A stretch of DNA of 64,000 nt, taken from positions 125,313,924 to 125,377,923 of the forward strand of contig NC_068982.1 of the NCBI RefSeq assembly GCF_001194135.2, given 5' to 3'. A model generated the notes under the pieces. That model searched no databases, was not told the DNA's origin, and saw only the letters and a list, made by a program, of their open reading frames with translations. Shown one piece after another: positions 14,058 to 26,658 of the stretch. Position numbers and translations under genes: made by a program. Numbering within the stretch: position 1 is the stretch's first letter; each line of letters starts with the position of its first letter. Source of the stretch: Octopus bimaculoides. Taxonomy: Eukaryota.

Positions 14058-14397
14058 ATATTTGGAAAAAGAAAAAGAATAACTTCACTGGTAGTTCTAA
14101 TCAGTTTAATTTTTTAATTTTTTAATAATAAAGATTTTAGTTCACAGATCCAGTAAGTTCTTTGTTAACTTGGGAGTGGAAGTTTTTTTTAAAGAATTCC
14201 TTGTTAACTTGTTTGGAGAACTTTCTCGCATTCGTTGTTAAACAAGGAATTCTTTAAAAAAAATCTCCACGCTCAAGTTAACAAAGAACTTACTAGATCT
14301 ATGAACTAAAATCTTTATCATTAAAAAATTAAAAAATAATAAATTAAACGGATTAGAACTACCAGTGAAGTCATTCTTCTTTTTTTTTTTCAAATAT
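14058..14397. mobile_element. Fold-back / palindromic MITE-like element
   Basis: Long imperfect inverted arms (cttcactggtagttctaa...aaagaattccttgttaa versus ttaaacaaggaattcttt...ttagaactaccagtgaag) around a short spacer. Confidence 0.8.
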
Positions 14398-14852
14398 ACC
14401 TAACTATACCAAGGATCTCACACATTTTCCAATATATATATAAACGTGAATGTCGAACAATGAAAATTCGTGGCTAATACCGCATCGGTGGATATAATTT
14501 CTTTATTTGAGAATTAAGGCTACCATTGGTTTCATGTTAAGAAAAGTAGGAAAATATCCTAGTGTCTTAACAATTTTTCAAGCCGATCACATGGAGAAAG
14601 GTGTTCGCCTCCATTTTGGAAAATACCCGCAAACTACACCAGACTATTTTATCTAAATTGGAAGCGAACGCTTTTCTCCATGTGATCGGCTCACGAGAAA
14701 CCCCGCGAACTACACGAGACTGCTGAAAAATAAGTTGTTTTGCTAGAACTGTTTGCCTATTCAAGGATTTTTAACAATGGTGAATATATAGGTAATTTGT
14801 GCTAAATTGGTCTTATCCGTTTTGCAACTATTTTTATTATTATTGACCCTCT

Positions 14853-15175
14853 TTAAGGCGGCGATCTGGTGAAATCGTTACCATGCCGGGCAAAATGTTT
14901 CTAGGCATTTCGTCCATCTTAATGTTCTGAGTTCAATTATGGCGAGGTCAAATTTGCCTCTTGTCTTTTTGGAGTCAATAAAATAATAAGTACCAGTCGA
15001 GCACTGGAATTAATGTAATCGACTTACCCCTTCTCTAAAAAATTGCTGACCTTGTGCCAAAATTTGAAACCATTATTAATCCCCTTTAGTGCGGCGAGCT
15101 GGCAGAATTGTTAGCAAACCGAACAAAATGCTCCGCAGCATTTCTTCCGGCTTTACATTCTGAGTTCTAATTCTT
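14853..15175 (+). mobile_element. SINE family A copy plus an adjacent head fragment
   Basis: aaggcggcga.ctgg head, gttctgagttcaa box and agtaccagt core. Confidence 0.75.
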
Positions 15176-15384
15176 GTAGTACAGCTTCTCATTTGACACT
15201 TATTTCACTGCATGACAATACACACAGCTTCTTTCTTAGTGAATCTTAAAAGCGAAAACGGTGTCGTTCTAACGCTGGCAAGCTTCGCAGTAAGAAGCCA
15301 GGCTCAGTCCAGCACCTGGCTTCCAAGTTTAGTGCTTGAGCCTGATGCTAACAACTCTATTCGTAAAAGTACTTTCGTTACAAA

Positions 15385-15780
15385 GACTTGTATATATGCT
15401 CTATTGTTAAGAAGTCCGTTTCTCAACCGTGTGGATTCAAGTTCAGTCCCACTGCGCGGCACTTTTTGTAAGTGTCTTCTGCTATAGCTACAGACCGACC
15501 AATACCTTGTATGTGAATTTGGTAGACGGAAATGTGAGGAGAGATCCCTCACACACACAGACGTGTGTGTGTATGTTTGTGGGTGAGTGTCTGCATCCAT
15601 ACCGCTTGACAATCGGTGAGGGTTTGTTTATGTCTTTGTAACTTATCGGCTCGGTTTACCGATAGAATAAGAACCAACTTTGGAAAGAATAAGCACTTCG
15701 ATCGATTTTTTTTTCGATTAAACCTTTTGACGCAGTACCGTAACATAACCGCAGTTAAATGGCTGAAACAAGTGAAAGAA
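15385..15780 (+). mobile_element. tRNA/CORE-like composite SINE family B
   Basis: gttcagtcccactgcgcggcac...gtgtcttctgctatagc core, an internal (GT)n tract, and a 3' module ending tgaaacaagt; matches 30030-30420. Confidence 0.75.
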
Positions 15781-15831
15781 GAACGAATGCATTTGACAAA
15801 AGTGGATATTGCTACACCGTACGTGTGCGAA

Positions 15832-16202
15832 GTGGAGGCGCAATGGCCCAGTGGTTAGGGCAGCGGACTCGTGGTCATAGGATCGCGGTTTCGATTCCCA
15901 GACCGGGCGTAGTGAGTGTTTATTGAGTAAAAACACCTAAAGCTCCACGAGGCTCCGGCAGGGGATGGTGGCGAACCCTGCTGTACTCTTTCACATTAAC
16001 TTTCTCTTACTTCCTGTTTCTGTTCTGCTTGTAATTCAAAGGGTCAGCCTTGTCACACTGAATATCCCCGAGAACTACGTTAATGGTACACGTGTCTGTG
16101 GAGTGCTCAGCCACTTGAACGTTAATTTCACGAGCAGGCTGTTCCGTTGATCGGATCAACTGGAACCCTCGACGTCGTAAGCGACGGAGTGCCAACAACA
16201 AC
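15832..16202 (+). mobile_element. tRNA-derived SINE family C, full length
   Basis: A/B boxes and a caacaacaac tail; near-identical to 3748-4136. Confidence 0.88.
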
Positions 16203-17999
16203 TAACCACGTAGAAGTTCCCTTGTTAGCCAATGCTAGAATATAAGTGTTATGCAGGTGATCTCTGTGCTGCTTGCGATAATGTAAAGTGGAGTGTTTTG
16301 TGTTCATTGTAGTTTGTGGATTTTAAGAACAAAGGAAGAGCCAGTGCAATCTATTTACTTATCGTTCACCGTTGTTTTTCAAATGTGGTGCCTTGGTACT
16401 TCAAATATGTCGGTAAAACAAGCCGAGTGATTCACAAGTGGCTATGCGTATTGCAGAGTGAAGATTGGCTGTGTTTGCTGTTAAGAAGCGAATCAAGGTT
16501 ATAAATAATATAGGAACGCGGTGCGTAATGACTGAAACAAGTAAAAGATAAAAGACAGATGGAAAAGATGTGCAGCTATATTTGAAGAATAGTAAAGTGT
16601 AAACATGATGTCATCTACACGTGATGCTGGGATGTCGTGTGGTGGTTCGGACTTCACCTTCCTGTCATCGCCCATTCTGCATGTTACTTATCTATTATTC
16701 TCAGATGAACATTTATTGTGAACAAAGGCATTCTTGCAGTGACCATCCCATTTCCCACATCCTTCTATTATGACCCCAGTATTTGTATTCATTCTATCGG
16801 TTTCTACTGCCGAACTGTTAAGGTACGTGAACATAAACAATCCAACAGCGGCTGTAAAGCGGTGGGAGGAACAAGCGCGCACACACACACACACGATAGG
16901 CTTCAAAGCAGCTTCCGTTTTTCCAAATTCACTCAGTAAGCATTGCTTAGCTCGAGAGTATAGTGGAAGACACTTGCCCAAGGTGCCGTGCAGAGACTGA
17001 ACTCGAAACCACGTTGTTGTAAAGCTAACTTCTTATCTACGCAATCGTGTCTGTGCCTTGACATTTTCAGGTCCAAACTTTAAGGTTTTGGCTTGGAAGC
17101 ATTCCTTATTAGCAAGCTCAACGTGGGGAGTGAAAGCTCTCCTCTCTCGAACTTGTATACGTCTCATTCCGAACATTATCTGCCTAGTTATGGCGCACAT
17201 AATTACTCGAGTGCATCCCGTCGAGTGTTATTCGCGTAGCTTTTGTTATTAGACTAAATAGGAAGAATAGTATTTAAGATGGCGTTGTGTTTATTTTGTG
17301 CCTTCCTCGTCTATGTGGTATGTTTATTTTGTAGACTACAGACTCTTAAACTAAGGTGTAGTCCCTCTTAGGAAAGAGTTGTGAGCTCACAAGAGGGCGT
17401 TGGTGTTTAGAGTCGTCATGATTTTTCTTAGAAATGAAATATTAAAACTAAATCTAATATATATATATATATATATTCTTAACACATTAAAAAAAAAAAC
17501 CGGCGAAGATTAGAAAACGAATAGGACATCTTTGTTAGTGAGCGAGAAACACGACTAACGAGGTGTCAATGTCCAATACAATTTCGTTAAATAAGTTTTC
17601 GCCTTCCTTCTCAATTTCTATAGAAAAGATCACTTATCCAAGTAAATAACTTGAGAAACAACCCAGATGGTTTTATAACAATAAATAATTTTGACCTTTT
17701 TCGTTTAGTAAAATAAAGGACCGAGGTGTCTGTTGTAAACCATCGTTTAATGAAAGGGAGAACCGAGGTATAAAAGGCAGGCAACCACTATTGTAAAGCG
17801 TGAAAGTTGTATCTGATAGTTTTAAAAATTTAAGAAGGGAACCAAATTTCAAGGCAGTCAATATGTTGAACCGTGCGTCAGTCTGAAAATGGTGACAGTA
17901 GGTGGTAAGAAACTGCAGGTTTCGTGGAAGTGGAGTCAGGTATAGGTTTAAAAGAAAGGTTGAGAGGATGCAACAGTTTATTTTTTCGAGAAATGACAT

Positions 18000-20900
18000 T
18001 ATGAATGTTCTTGTATTCTACATACGCTTTGTATCATAACAATCATTCATTAGCCAGCATTGTGTTTCTTAGACATGAAAAAAGGAGAGAGAGAAAGAAG
18101 GTAATTGTTACCAACCCAATGTTGAGGAATGTAATTAAATATTTTACCGATGTTGATTGTTGTTAGTATTCATTGTGTCAGTAATGACCTGAAGTGCAAA
18201 GTGGAATGAATGTATAAACGATGCCAAAAAGGAATTTTTCCAGGATTTTTGAGGGTGTGCATGGAAAAGTGATGATAACCACATAGGAGAAACTACCTGT
18301 CACTCCAGCAGCGAATTTTACAGGGTTTGAAAATGTTTGTGAGTTTGGAGGAAATTGAGCTAGAAAATTCGAGAGGCTGGGTTAAAAAGCTTGCTCCCCA
18401 TCCTTCTGGATTTGGATTCAGGTCATAGTGCAGCACATTAGGCAAGTGTTTTCCACTGTAGCTCAGGGCCCACCAACACCTTGTAAGTGGATTCCATAGA
18501 CAGTGACTGAAAGAAGCCTATCGTGTAATAATATATGTGTGTGTGTATTTCATACACATCACTTGATTGTTGTAAATAAGCATCGGTAAAAACAAGTGGG
18601 ATTCATTTCTAGTCGTCCACAAAAAACATCTCTGATCAGGGGGTTAATATTACCTTGCTTGGAGGGCATCTGGTTGTAGAAAATCTATCGAAACAAATTC
18701 CGTCTGATTCATACCATCATACAAAAGTTGTTTTGAATTAATGCATTATCCAGTGGCTTTGAGATTCTGATGACATGATTGTTTATTTTTAGAATGACTT
18801 TGTAGGGTGGGTGTGAAAGGCTGGATCTAGCTGGTGTAAACAAAACATATAGAATATTTATTTAGGTCAGATATGGCCAGTTTAAATAACCTCTAATTTC
18901 TGTTAACTTTTCCTTGGAGGAGCGTCTGGAAAGTATTCTTTTAGTCAATTTTACTAAAAGATGCAAGAGTTGCCAATGCAGAGTCAGTCTGATTGTAATA
19001 TTGGTATACCTGAAAATCTCAACTTTGTTGTATATATCATTTTGTTGAGGTTGTTAACATTTGTATTAAAAGCGAGAAGGAAACAAACCACATTGAAGTC
19101 AACTTCATGTACATGAAATCATAAACATTAATACAGAAACAAAAATATAATCTATGAAATTTATTCAAAAATAGATATTACATTAAATTTGTCTACTTGT
19201 AATAGTACAATGGAATGAGATTCATCAAATGGAAAAACTAAAATATTAAAATGAAAATTGTAGAATACGCTTTGTACATGTTTAATTTTCTACAATAACT
19301 GGTCTAAATACATGTGGCTATTTGAGGAAAGAAGGAAAAAAATTGACAAACTATCATTCATGCCATATATATACAAGTATGATAAAAAAAAAAAAAACAT
19401 TCATAAAAAGGCCAGATTAAACTGAAAGACTATGATTGGAAAAATGCTGCAGAAAAGTGCAAAATGATAGGAAGAATGTAGAGTCACAAAACAATACATA
19501 TGGATATTTATCAAAATATGAATGTCTCTAAAATGGTTAGAAAGTTTTATACTCCATGTTAGAAAATATAAAGTATTTCACAAAAATAGATATTTTCTTT
19601 CATAAAAAAAAAAAATTATTGCTTATTCAAGTGGAATGACATAGTTAAAAGGAAAAACAGAAGAGCAACTTAGTTGATGCTAAGTTGATTTTTGGCACGA
19701 TTTCATTCTTGAACTGTTTGTTTCACGTTGGTGTGAATTTATATATCCATGTTTTATTATTGTTAATTCACTACTGAAGAGAAAGATTAAAGTGAGGGGA
19801 AAAAAAATCAACTCTGTAAGTAGTAGTTATGTAACTGCAAGCATTAACTGTATCTAATAACATGATCTAGTTGTTTAGTAGGAGACCAGCTTCAACTATG
19901 TAACAATTAGTAACAAGAGGATTTACCTAATTATCAGACTGGGAATATGGAAGGCAAGTTAATAATTGCTTACTGGCATGAATGAGAATCAGCAGTTGTA
20001 TATAGGAATCCTTGTAGTAGGGAGTTATGAAACACTGAAGAATCACACAATATCGAAAATACAGTATACAAATAAATTTAACTTATGGGTCTTTTGCATA
20101 TTGCAAAAACTAGTATAAAATTAGAGGGTGGATGTAACTGTAATTTAAAAAAAAAGGGGGGGGGAGGTTTCAATTCTTGAATATTAATTATTTATGTGAA
20201 TATGTGGACCAATTTCCTCAAAGGCACCAACAGTTACTAATAATTACATTCAAATTTGGCAAAATAATGGAAGTAATTTATGAAGGTGTAGAACCCTAAA
20301 TAGTATTTAGAATAAGTTATAAATTCAATATCTGTTTCAGTAAATGTTGAGTCTTAATTCAACTGCATATGATTAACAATAAAACTAAAATTAAGTTTTA
20401 CTGCTTTTCTTATATTGTAGAAGTTTAAACTACAAATCTAGTCACTTCCCAGTAATGGAACATTTTGACTTGGGAAATAAATATAACAATAGTTTTTTAA
20501 CATGCCTCGGATCATAATAATAATGGTTTCAAATTTTGTCACAAGGGCAGCCATTTTGGGGAGAGGATAAGTCGATTACATCGACCCCATTGTTTCACTG
20601 GTACTTAGTTTATCAACCCCGAAAGGACGAAAGGCAAAGTTGACCTTGGTGGAATTTGAACTCAGAATGTAGCAATGGACAAAATACTGCTAAGCATTTC
20701 GTCCAGTATGCAACCAATTCTGCCAGCTCACTGCCATAATAACAGTGACAATAACCCTTTCTACTATAGGCGCAAGGCCCGAAATTTGAGGAGGAGGAGG
20801 GATAGTTGATAACATCGACCCCAGTGTTTCACTGATACTTAATTTGTTGATCCCAAAAGGATGAAAGGCAAAATTTGAACTCAGATCATCAAGGCAGACG

Positions 20901-23145
20901 AAATACCACCAAGCATTTCGCCTGGCATACTAACGATTCTGCCAGCTCGCCACCTTTATAATAGTAACAATAATAAAAATATTTGCTGTCACATAAGATG
21001 ATACAATAATGCTGGAGGGAAACACCTTAATAGGAAAGTTAAATAAAATGTGTATATATATATATATATATATACATTAACACAGTGAAATATTTACTGT
21101 GAAAATGAAAAACAGAAACACCCAATATTGTAATAACTAGAACGTATTACAGAAGGATATTAAGTCACAAGACTAAAGTTTGTTAAAGTGTTAATCAAAC
21201 TGCATTCACATAGAACTCCATAGATATTTTATCAATCAAGATTAAAAGTAAATTCAGTCTTTCGAAATGTGATCAACAAAGAAAAGAGAGAAATGTATTA
21301 AAATTGGTACAATGAACCATTGTCTGCAATCTTTTATATCACATCGTTTATTTTATTTTTCTAAACATCAGTAAAAATGAGTTTTATTTATATCAAGGTA
21401 TTTCAGTTGAGCATATTGCTATATCTATAAATCTAAAATGAATTATTAGGAAGACATCAAATGTTCAGGTTATGGTGGGAGGGACTGTTGTTAAAAATAA
21501 TAAAAAGAGTAAAAGCACTTTGTGATTTCTTTTTTTTTTTTAGTTTAGTAAATCATATCAGGTGACTATAAAAAAAAATTTCCACTTAGAAAATGCATTT
21601 ATTGTCTATAGATAAAAATGAGTCTATATATATGGCAGTATTTGCACTCATTGCTATGAAAATGTCAAGGCATTCAAGGAACATTAAAAGATTTCATTTA
21701 AAAACATAGTGAATTTGGGTGAGTGGTTTTCATACTATAGATTAAAAATTTAAAGACAAGATTACCAAAAAGTGTCGTAAGTATGGAATCTATCATAGAA
21801 CTATGTATGCCACTATGTTCACTCCCAGCTTAATTCAACTAGCTCTAGGATATAAAATATTAGAAGTTCAACAGAGTGACCCTTGTAAAAATGACTTGGT
21901 AGCATTTGACTGTGGATGCAAATGGCAAAGATAATCTCATGAAAAAAGAAAGCAGTCACTCTTATGAATTTTCTGTTGGCACAGAAAATATGCTCCGAAA
22001 TCACTTACATGTATAAGAATCATAAAATTCTCACGAAATGCTAAAAAGATGGTTAAATATCACAGATCTGTGTGGTGTGTTTTATGTGTTTGTGTGTGTT
22101 TACAGCTTTCTGCCTTGTTACAGTTAATTACAAACTGCATTCATTAATGTTCCAATTCATTCACCTTAAGATTAATTTGAAAAAAAAAAGAAAAAAAAAA
22201 ATCCATTAGCACTAATTACATTCATAGGATTCTTCAGATATCTGAAAAAAATAATGTTATAACTGCAAAAATAAATAAAGAATTCCAAGTAAAAATGTCA
22301 CTAATATTTACAAATTTTAATTCACATGTTCTTTGTAAGGTTAACTACTTTCAAGACATCCACAAATTGTTCTTTTTTTGTTTGCTTTTTTATGCAGTTG
22401 AGGAGAGAGTATATATGTGAAACAGTTATTTTCTGATGATTGCATAGGTTAAATGGTACAAGTAATCATGATAAAGGTGAAAGTAAAAAATAAGTTTCTT
22501 AAATAGATATGAACTATTAAGGCAAGTTAGGTTAACAGTAACAGGTAACAGGGCATACCATGGGTGGATTAAGATTTAAACCTTGGAAACAAATTCATCC
22601 AATACTATATTCTATCAGCCATTTCACCTCTCAATGCTGTAGTTTCTAATTTAGGTACAAAGCTAGCAGTTTTGAGAAGAGCAGGGTAGTCAATATCATC
22701 AACCCTAGTATTTGACTGGTACTTTATTTTATTTACTCTGGAAGGATACAAAAGCCAGACTGATCTTGGAATATGAATCCAAAATGTAAAGATTCAGAAG
22801 AAATACAAAGCCAAGGTATGCTTACAAAGGTAGTTAATATAACCATCAAACATTTTTACACCGGTTGAAATATTGTAATATATTTAGCATGGACTGAAAG
22901 AAAATAGGAAAAGTTATAATGAAGTATTAGTAAGGTATACTCTTATGCATTTAAGGTGCTGAGATTTCCCCCTCCCACCTGTTCTATTACAAACCTATAA
23001 ATGTATCTAATTCGCACTGGAAATATACATTTTTTTTTTTTTTTGTTAATCAGCCACTAACCAGGGACATAATGGAATGATAATGCCTAGATGTAATCAA
23101 AATAAACATTTGGATAGGATTATAACTAACCTAAGAGTTGTTGAT
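18000..23145 (-). other. Probable long 3' UTR / downstream region of innexin
   Basis: AT-rich and comparatively repeat-poor sequence directly after the stop codon. Several AATAAA hexamers lie on the minus strand, but the true 3' end cannot be determined. Confidence 0.3.
20520..20960 (-). mobile_element. Two tandem SINE family A copies
   Basis: Two successive reverse-complement copies, each with cgaaaggatgaaaggcaaa, atttgaactcaga and tctgccagctc. Confidence 0.82.
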
Positions 23146-24054
23146 CTACGACTTTAGAGGCTGTTTTGATGGGTCTTTTGAAATATCATCTTTGTCTAGA
23201 GTATCTTTGTAAGTGTTATTAAGATCTGGAGAGACTGCTTTCCGACCATTTTTGTTCTTGTATAAATGCCATAATTCTTTCACCAAGTCAACTAGAACCA
23301 AGTCTGTGGAGTTCTTAGAAACAAGGCGTAATACAAAAAATCCGTCATCTCGCAGATAGTCTGTTGTGAAACGATGCACCAGTTTCTTGTCTTCACTTGT
23401 GAATATATCCTCTGAAGACTTCAAATATTTAGCGATATAATTAACATGGGACTGACGGAAAATTGTGCGGTAAATCCATAACAGTAAATTGCCACATGTA
23501 ACTATAGAAATAAAGACTAACCAAAACCAAAGAAAAATGAAGATTTTTTCATTAAATAGATTAACAGGAAGAACACACTGGACAGTGAAACGTTGAATGT
23601 TCTGTAACTGCCTTATCTCAAAATCACAGAGAGTCACACGAGGGAATCTGATAGATTCTTTCCAAGGAACCTTATTACGTACCATTTCAAGAACTTCATA
23701 ACCATATACTGAAAATTGGTTAGACATAAAGGCATTCAATAAGAAAAATTGTCCAATAACATTTGCAGCATACAGAGCTTTCACACAAACATAGAACCCG
23801 ACCAAAAATGTCCCTTCTCTTTTTGAACACATCAGACAGCAAACTTTTGTCATTTTCTGTCTCATTCGTACAACATAATTCATTTTATATTCGCGGTAGG
23901 TTTCCAGCCAGCGATCCATGTAAAAAGCTATGTGTTCGATAGTTTTCTGACGGTCTTCAGGGGATCCAAGTTGAGTTTGTTCAGCCAAATCAACAACACG
24001 CTCTAAATTAACACCAGATACACTGCTTAACAACCTCCAGATTATGTTAGGAAA
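23146..24054 (-). CDS. inx: Innexin, terminal coding exon (302 aa + stop; end of TM2, intracellular loop, TM3, extracellular loop 2, TM4, C-tail)
   Basis: ORF FPNIIWR...FPRVTLCDFEIRQLQNIQRFTVQCVLPVNLFNEKIFIFLWFW...DDGFFVLRLVSKNS carries the innexin motifs FPRVTLCDF, QCVLPxNxFNEKIFxFLWFW and DG.F.LR. The acceptor tttctattttcag|TTT at 24054 is phase 0, matching the upstream donor. Confidence 0.97.
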   Translation of the reverse strand, partial: FPNIIWRLLSSVSGVNLERVVDLAEQTQLGSPEDRQKTIEHIAFYMDRWLETYREYKMNYVVRMRQKMTKVCCLMCSKREGTFLVGFYVCVKALYAANVIGQFFLLNAFMSNQFSVYGYEVLEMVRNKVPWKESIRFPRVTLCDFEIRQLQNIQRFTVQCVLPVNLFNEKIFIFLWFWLVFISIVTCGNLLLWIYRTIFRQSHVNYIAKYLKSSEDIFTSEDKKLVHRFTTDYLRDDGFFVLRLVSKNSTDLVLVDLVKELWHLYKNKNGRKAVSPDLNNTYKDTLDKDDISKDPSKQPLKS

Positions 24055-24193
24055 CTGAAAATAGAAAGAATATACATATATTAAGAAACTGAAAACTTGG
24101 AAAGCATAAATGTGTGAGAGAAAAAAAATGGTTAAAGACAACTTCAGTTTCCCTCAAATTACTTACATGACGATTTTAGAAGTATGATTCAAT

Positions 24194-24197
<4 letters not shown>

Positions 24198-24233
<36 letters not shown>
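24198..24233. repeat. Poly(A)36 tract in the innexin intron (poly-U on the pre-mRNA)
   Basis: Direct reading; about 145 nt upstream of the exon acceptor at 24054. Confidence 0.95.
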
Positions 24234-24235
<2 letters not shown>

Positions 24236-25048
24236 CATCTCTCACAAGCCTAAGGCCAAATTTTTTTGAAAGAGTGGGATGAGTGGGATACTTCATTAAA
24301 ACTAGCCCAGTACTTGAATGGTGTTTTAGTGACCCCAGAAGGCTGGCGGCTAAAATTGACTGTGAATTCAGAACGTAAAAGGAACATAAATATCAATTTG
24401 GTCAACTTGGTGCCTGAAAGCATTTAAAACTCAAACAAAAAGGCATCGATGATTTGGTAATCAATGCAGAAATATGGGCCAATAAGGTGACTTATCTGTG
24501 GTCACTTAACTTGTCATAAGTAGCAGCTAAATTTCCTTCCAATAACACCTCACCAACTCAGGAAAGAACACACTGAATAATATGGATCTAGTTTTATTCT
24601 AGATAGCAAAAATGGGATGATAGCCACAGCTAGACTCCTTGTAATAATAAGACAACTTGATTTGGGCTGCTCTGGATCTTAATAATAACAACTGCAGGCA
24701 CAAAGAAATAAATTTATAAAGGAAGAGTGTCAGGTGAGGAAATATGGATATAGAAACAGAATGTAAGAAATATTATTCTGGCTTGAATTTTAATCTTATA
24801 TAATGAGAAAAAAGGACTTATAAGCATTAAGCAAAGATTCTAAATAAATTTGCATTTTTCATTCTTTTTAAAATTTTTTTGAAATAAATAACATTGAATT
24901 GAATGAAATTTCGACTTGTAATTTGATAATTCTACTTCTTTTAGTAAGTGGCTTCAGGAGAAGCATGAACATCTAGTTTTACTTCAAATAATATGAAACA
25001 GAAACAGATTCCTTGTGTCTGGAAATCAACACTGAGACAACTATTTAA

Positions 25049-25455
25049 CCCTTTAGCATTCCCATCAAATGTAATGATTATTTATTCACATTTGTTTTGA
25101 TGCCCTTCCTAACGCCAACCACTCTGAGAGTGTAGTGGGTGGTTGGCATTAGGAAGGGCATCCAACTGTAGAAACCTTGCCAGATCAGATTGGAGCCTGG
25201 TGCAGCCTTCTGGCTTGCCAGTCCTCAGTCAAATCGTCCAACCCATGCTAGCATGTAAAGCAGACGTTAAACGATGACGATGATGATGTTTTGAATTAAT
25301 CATGCATTATCTTGTAGCTCTGAGATTTTGATGATGTGAATGTATATTTTTAGAATGATATCGTAGGGTAGGTGTAAGAGGCCAGATCTTGCCAGTTTGA
25401 ACATAAACCAGGTAGAATATTTGGGTCTGAAATGGCGGGTTTGAATACTAAAGGG
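25049..25455. mobile_element. TTAA-flanked (piggyBac-like) MITE, interrupted by an RTE-tailed SINE at about 25099-25290
   Basis: TTAA|CCCTTTAGCATT ... AATACTAAAGGG|TTGA termini; the same body occurs at 29571-29796 and 34047-34585. Confidence 0.7.
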
Positions 25456-25509
25456 TTGAATACTACTTTTATATTGTCTGTTTTGTAAAATATTACTATT
25501 TCAGTTTAT

Positions 25510-25650
25510 TACATTAGGAAGGGCATCCAGCTGTAGAAACTCTGCCAAATCAGATTGGAGCCTGGCGTAGCCATCTGGTTCACCAGTCCTCAGTCAAATC
25601 GTCCAACCCATGCTAGCATGGAAAGCAGACATTAAACGATGATGATGATG
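25510..25650 (+). mobile_element. RTE-type 3' tail element ending in (GAT)n
   Basis: ggaagggcatccagctgtagaaac...ccatgctagcatggaaagc..acattaaacgatgatgatg; other copies at 25140, 25966 (minus), 29180 (minus) and 32620 (minus). Confidence 0.8.
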
Positions 25651-25965
25651 ATTACTGTTTTGTGCCATATTTATTAGGTTTAAGTACTTGAGTTGAGTCT
25701 GAAGTACGAACTGTAGGTTTGAGTCAAAGCCATCATCACTTAAAACATCCACTTTTCAATATACACATAGGTTGGATAGAATTTTTGAGGCCGATTTTCT
25801 ACGGAAGAATGCCTTTCCTGTCTGTCATAATCCACACCCATTTTCCCATGACCAAACATGTTTTCACAGAAGTTTCATAATAAAGAGTGCTGCTAGTATA
25901 ACAGCAACACTCATTTATGACTATCAGTCCATATCAAGATAAGGAGACAGTAACCCATACGCACA

Positions 25966-26410
25966 TCATCATCGTTTAACGTCCGCTTTCCATGCTAGCA
26001 TGGGTTGGACGATTTGACTGAGGACTGGCAAGCCAGAAGGCTGCACCAGGCTCCAATCTGATTTGGCAGAGTTTCTACAGCTGGATGCCCTTCCTAATGC
26101 CAACCACTTCGAGAGTGTAGTGGGTGCTTTTACTTGCCACCGGCACGAAGGCCAGTCAGGAGGTACTGGCAACCGCCACGCTCAAAATGGTGTACTTTAC
26201 GTGCCAGCTGCACAGGAGCCAGTCCAGCGACACTGGCAACGAACTCGCTTGAATGTCTTTTCACGTGCCAGGAGGGCGATGTTGGTAACGGTCACGCTCA
26301 AATGGTGCTATTTACGTGCCCCCGGCACGGAAGCCAGACTGCTGGTGCTCTGGCAACGATCACACCCGGACGGTGCTCTTAGTGATCTACTGGTACAGGT
26401 GCCATATATA
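25966..26410 (-). mobile_element. Longer RTE-tailed SINE with internal ~70-bp degenerate repeats
   Basis: Reverse-complement (GAT)n tail plus a body of repeated ctggcaac...aaatggtg...tttacgtgcc units, shared with 29180-29460. Confidence 0.78.
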
Positions 26411-26658
26411 TATACTTGTGACAGTTTTCTGTCAACCAACTCCTTTCGCAAAGCTATAGAAGATGCTTGCCCAAGGTGCAGTGCAGTGGGACTGAACCCA
26501 AAATCATGTGGTTTGGAAGCAAATTTCTTACCACACAGTAACACCTACACTTGTGGCATGCATAAATATGGCAGGCAGTGTTCAAATTGTTTGAAACAAG
26601 ATAGATAAAGATGAAGTTAGGTATTGTTTTTATTTCATTTAAAACTATAATATCTTAC

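Noticed and set aside
17050-18000. GC-elevated segment with short ORFs on both strands
   Set aside because: No recognisable domain or consistent splice pattern; probably a decayed retroelement piece, but it cannot be assigned.
24055-24141. ORF-track N-terminal extension MSLTIFFLSHIYAFQVFSFLIYVYSFYFQ on the innexin ORF
   Set aside because: This is intron read-through. A strong acceptor precedes FPNIIW, and the phase matches the donor at 26659.
24161-24233. Possible cassette exon between the poly-U tract and a GTAAGT donor at 24166
   Set aside because: There is no AG acceptor between the poly-U tract and the donor.
25966-26410. Spaced ~70-bp repeats that superficially resemble a CRISPR-like array
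   Set aside because: The units are degenerate, lack unique spacers, and belong to a SINE body also present at 29180; the context is eukaryotic.
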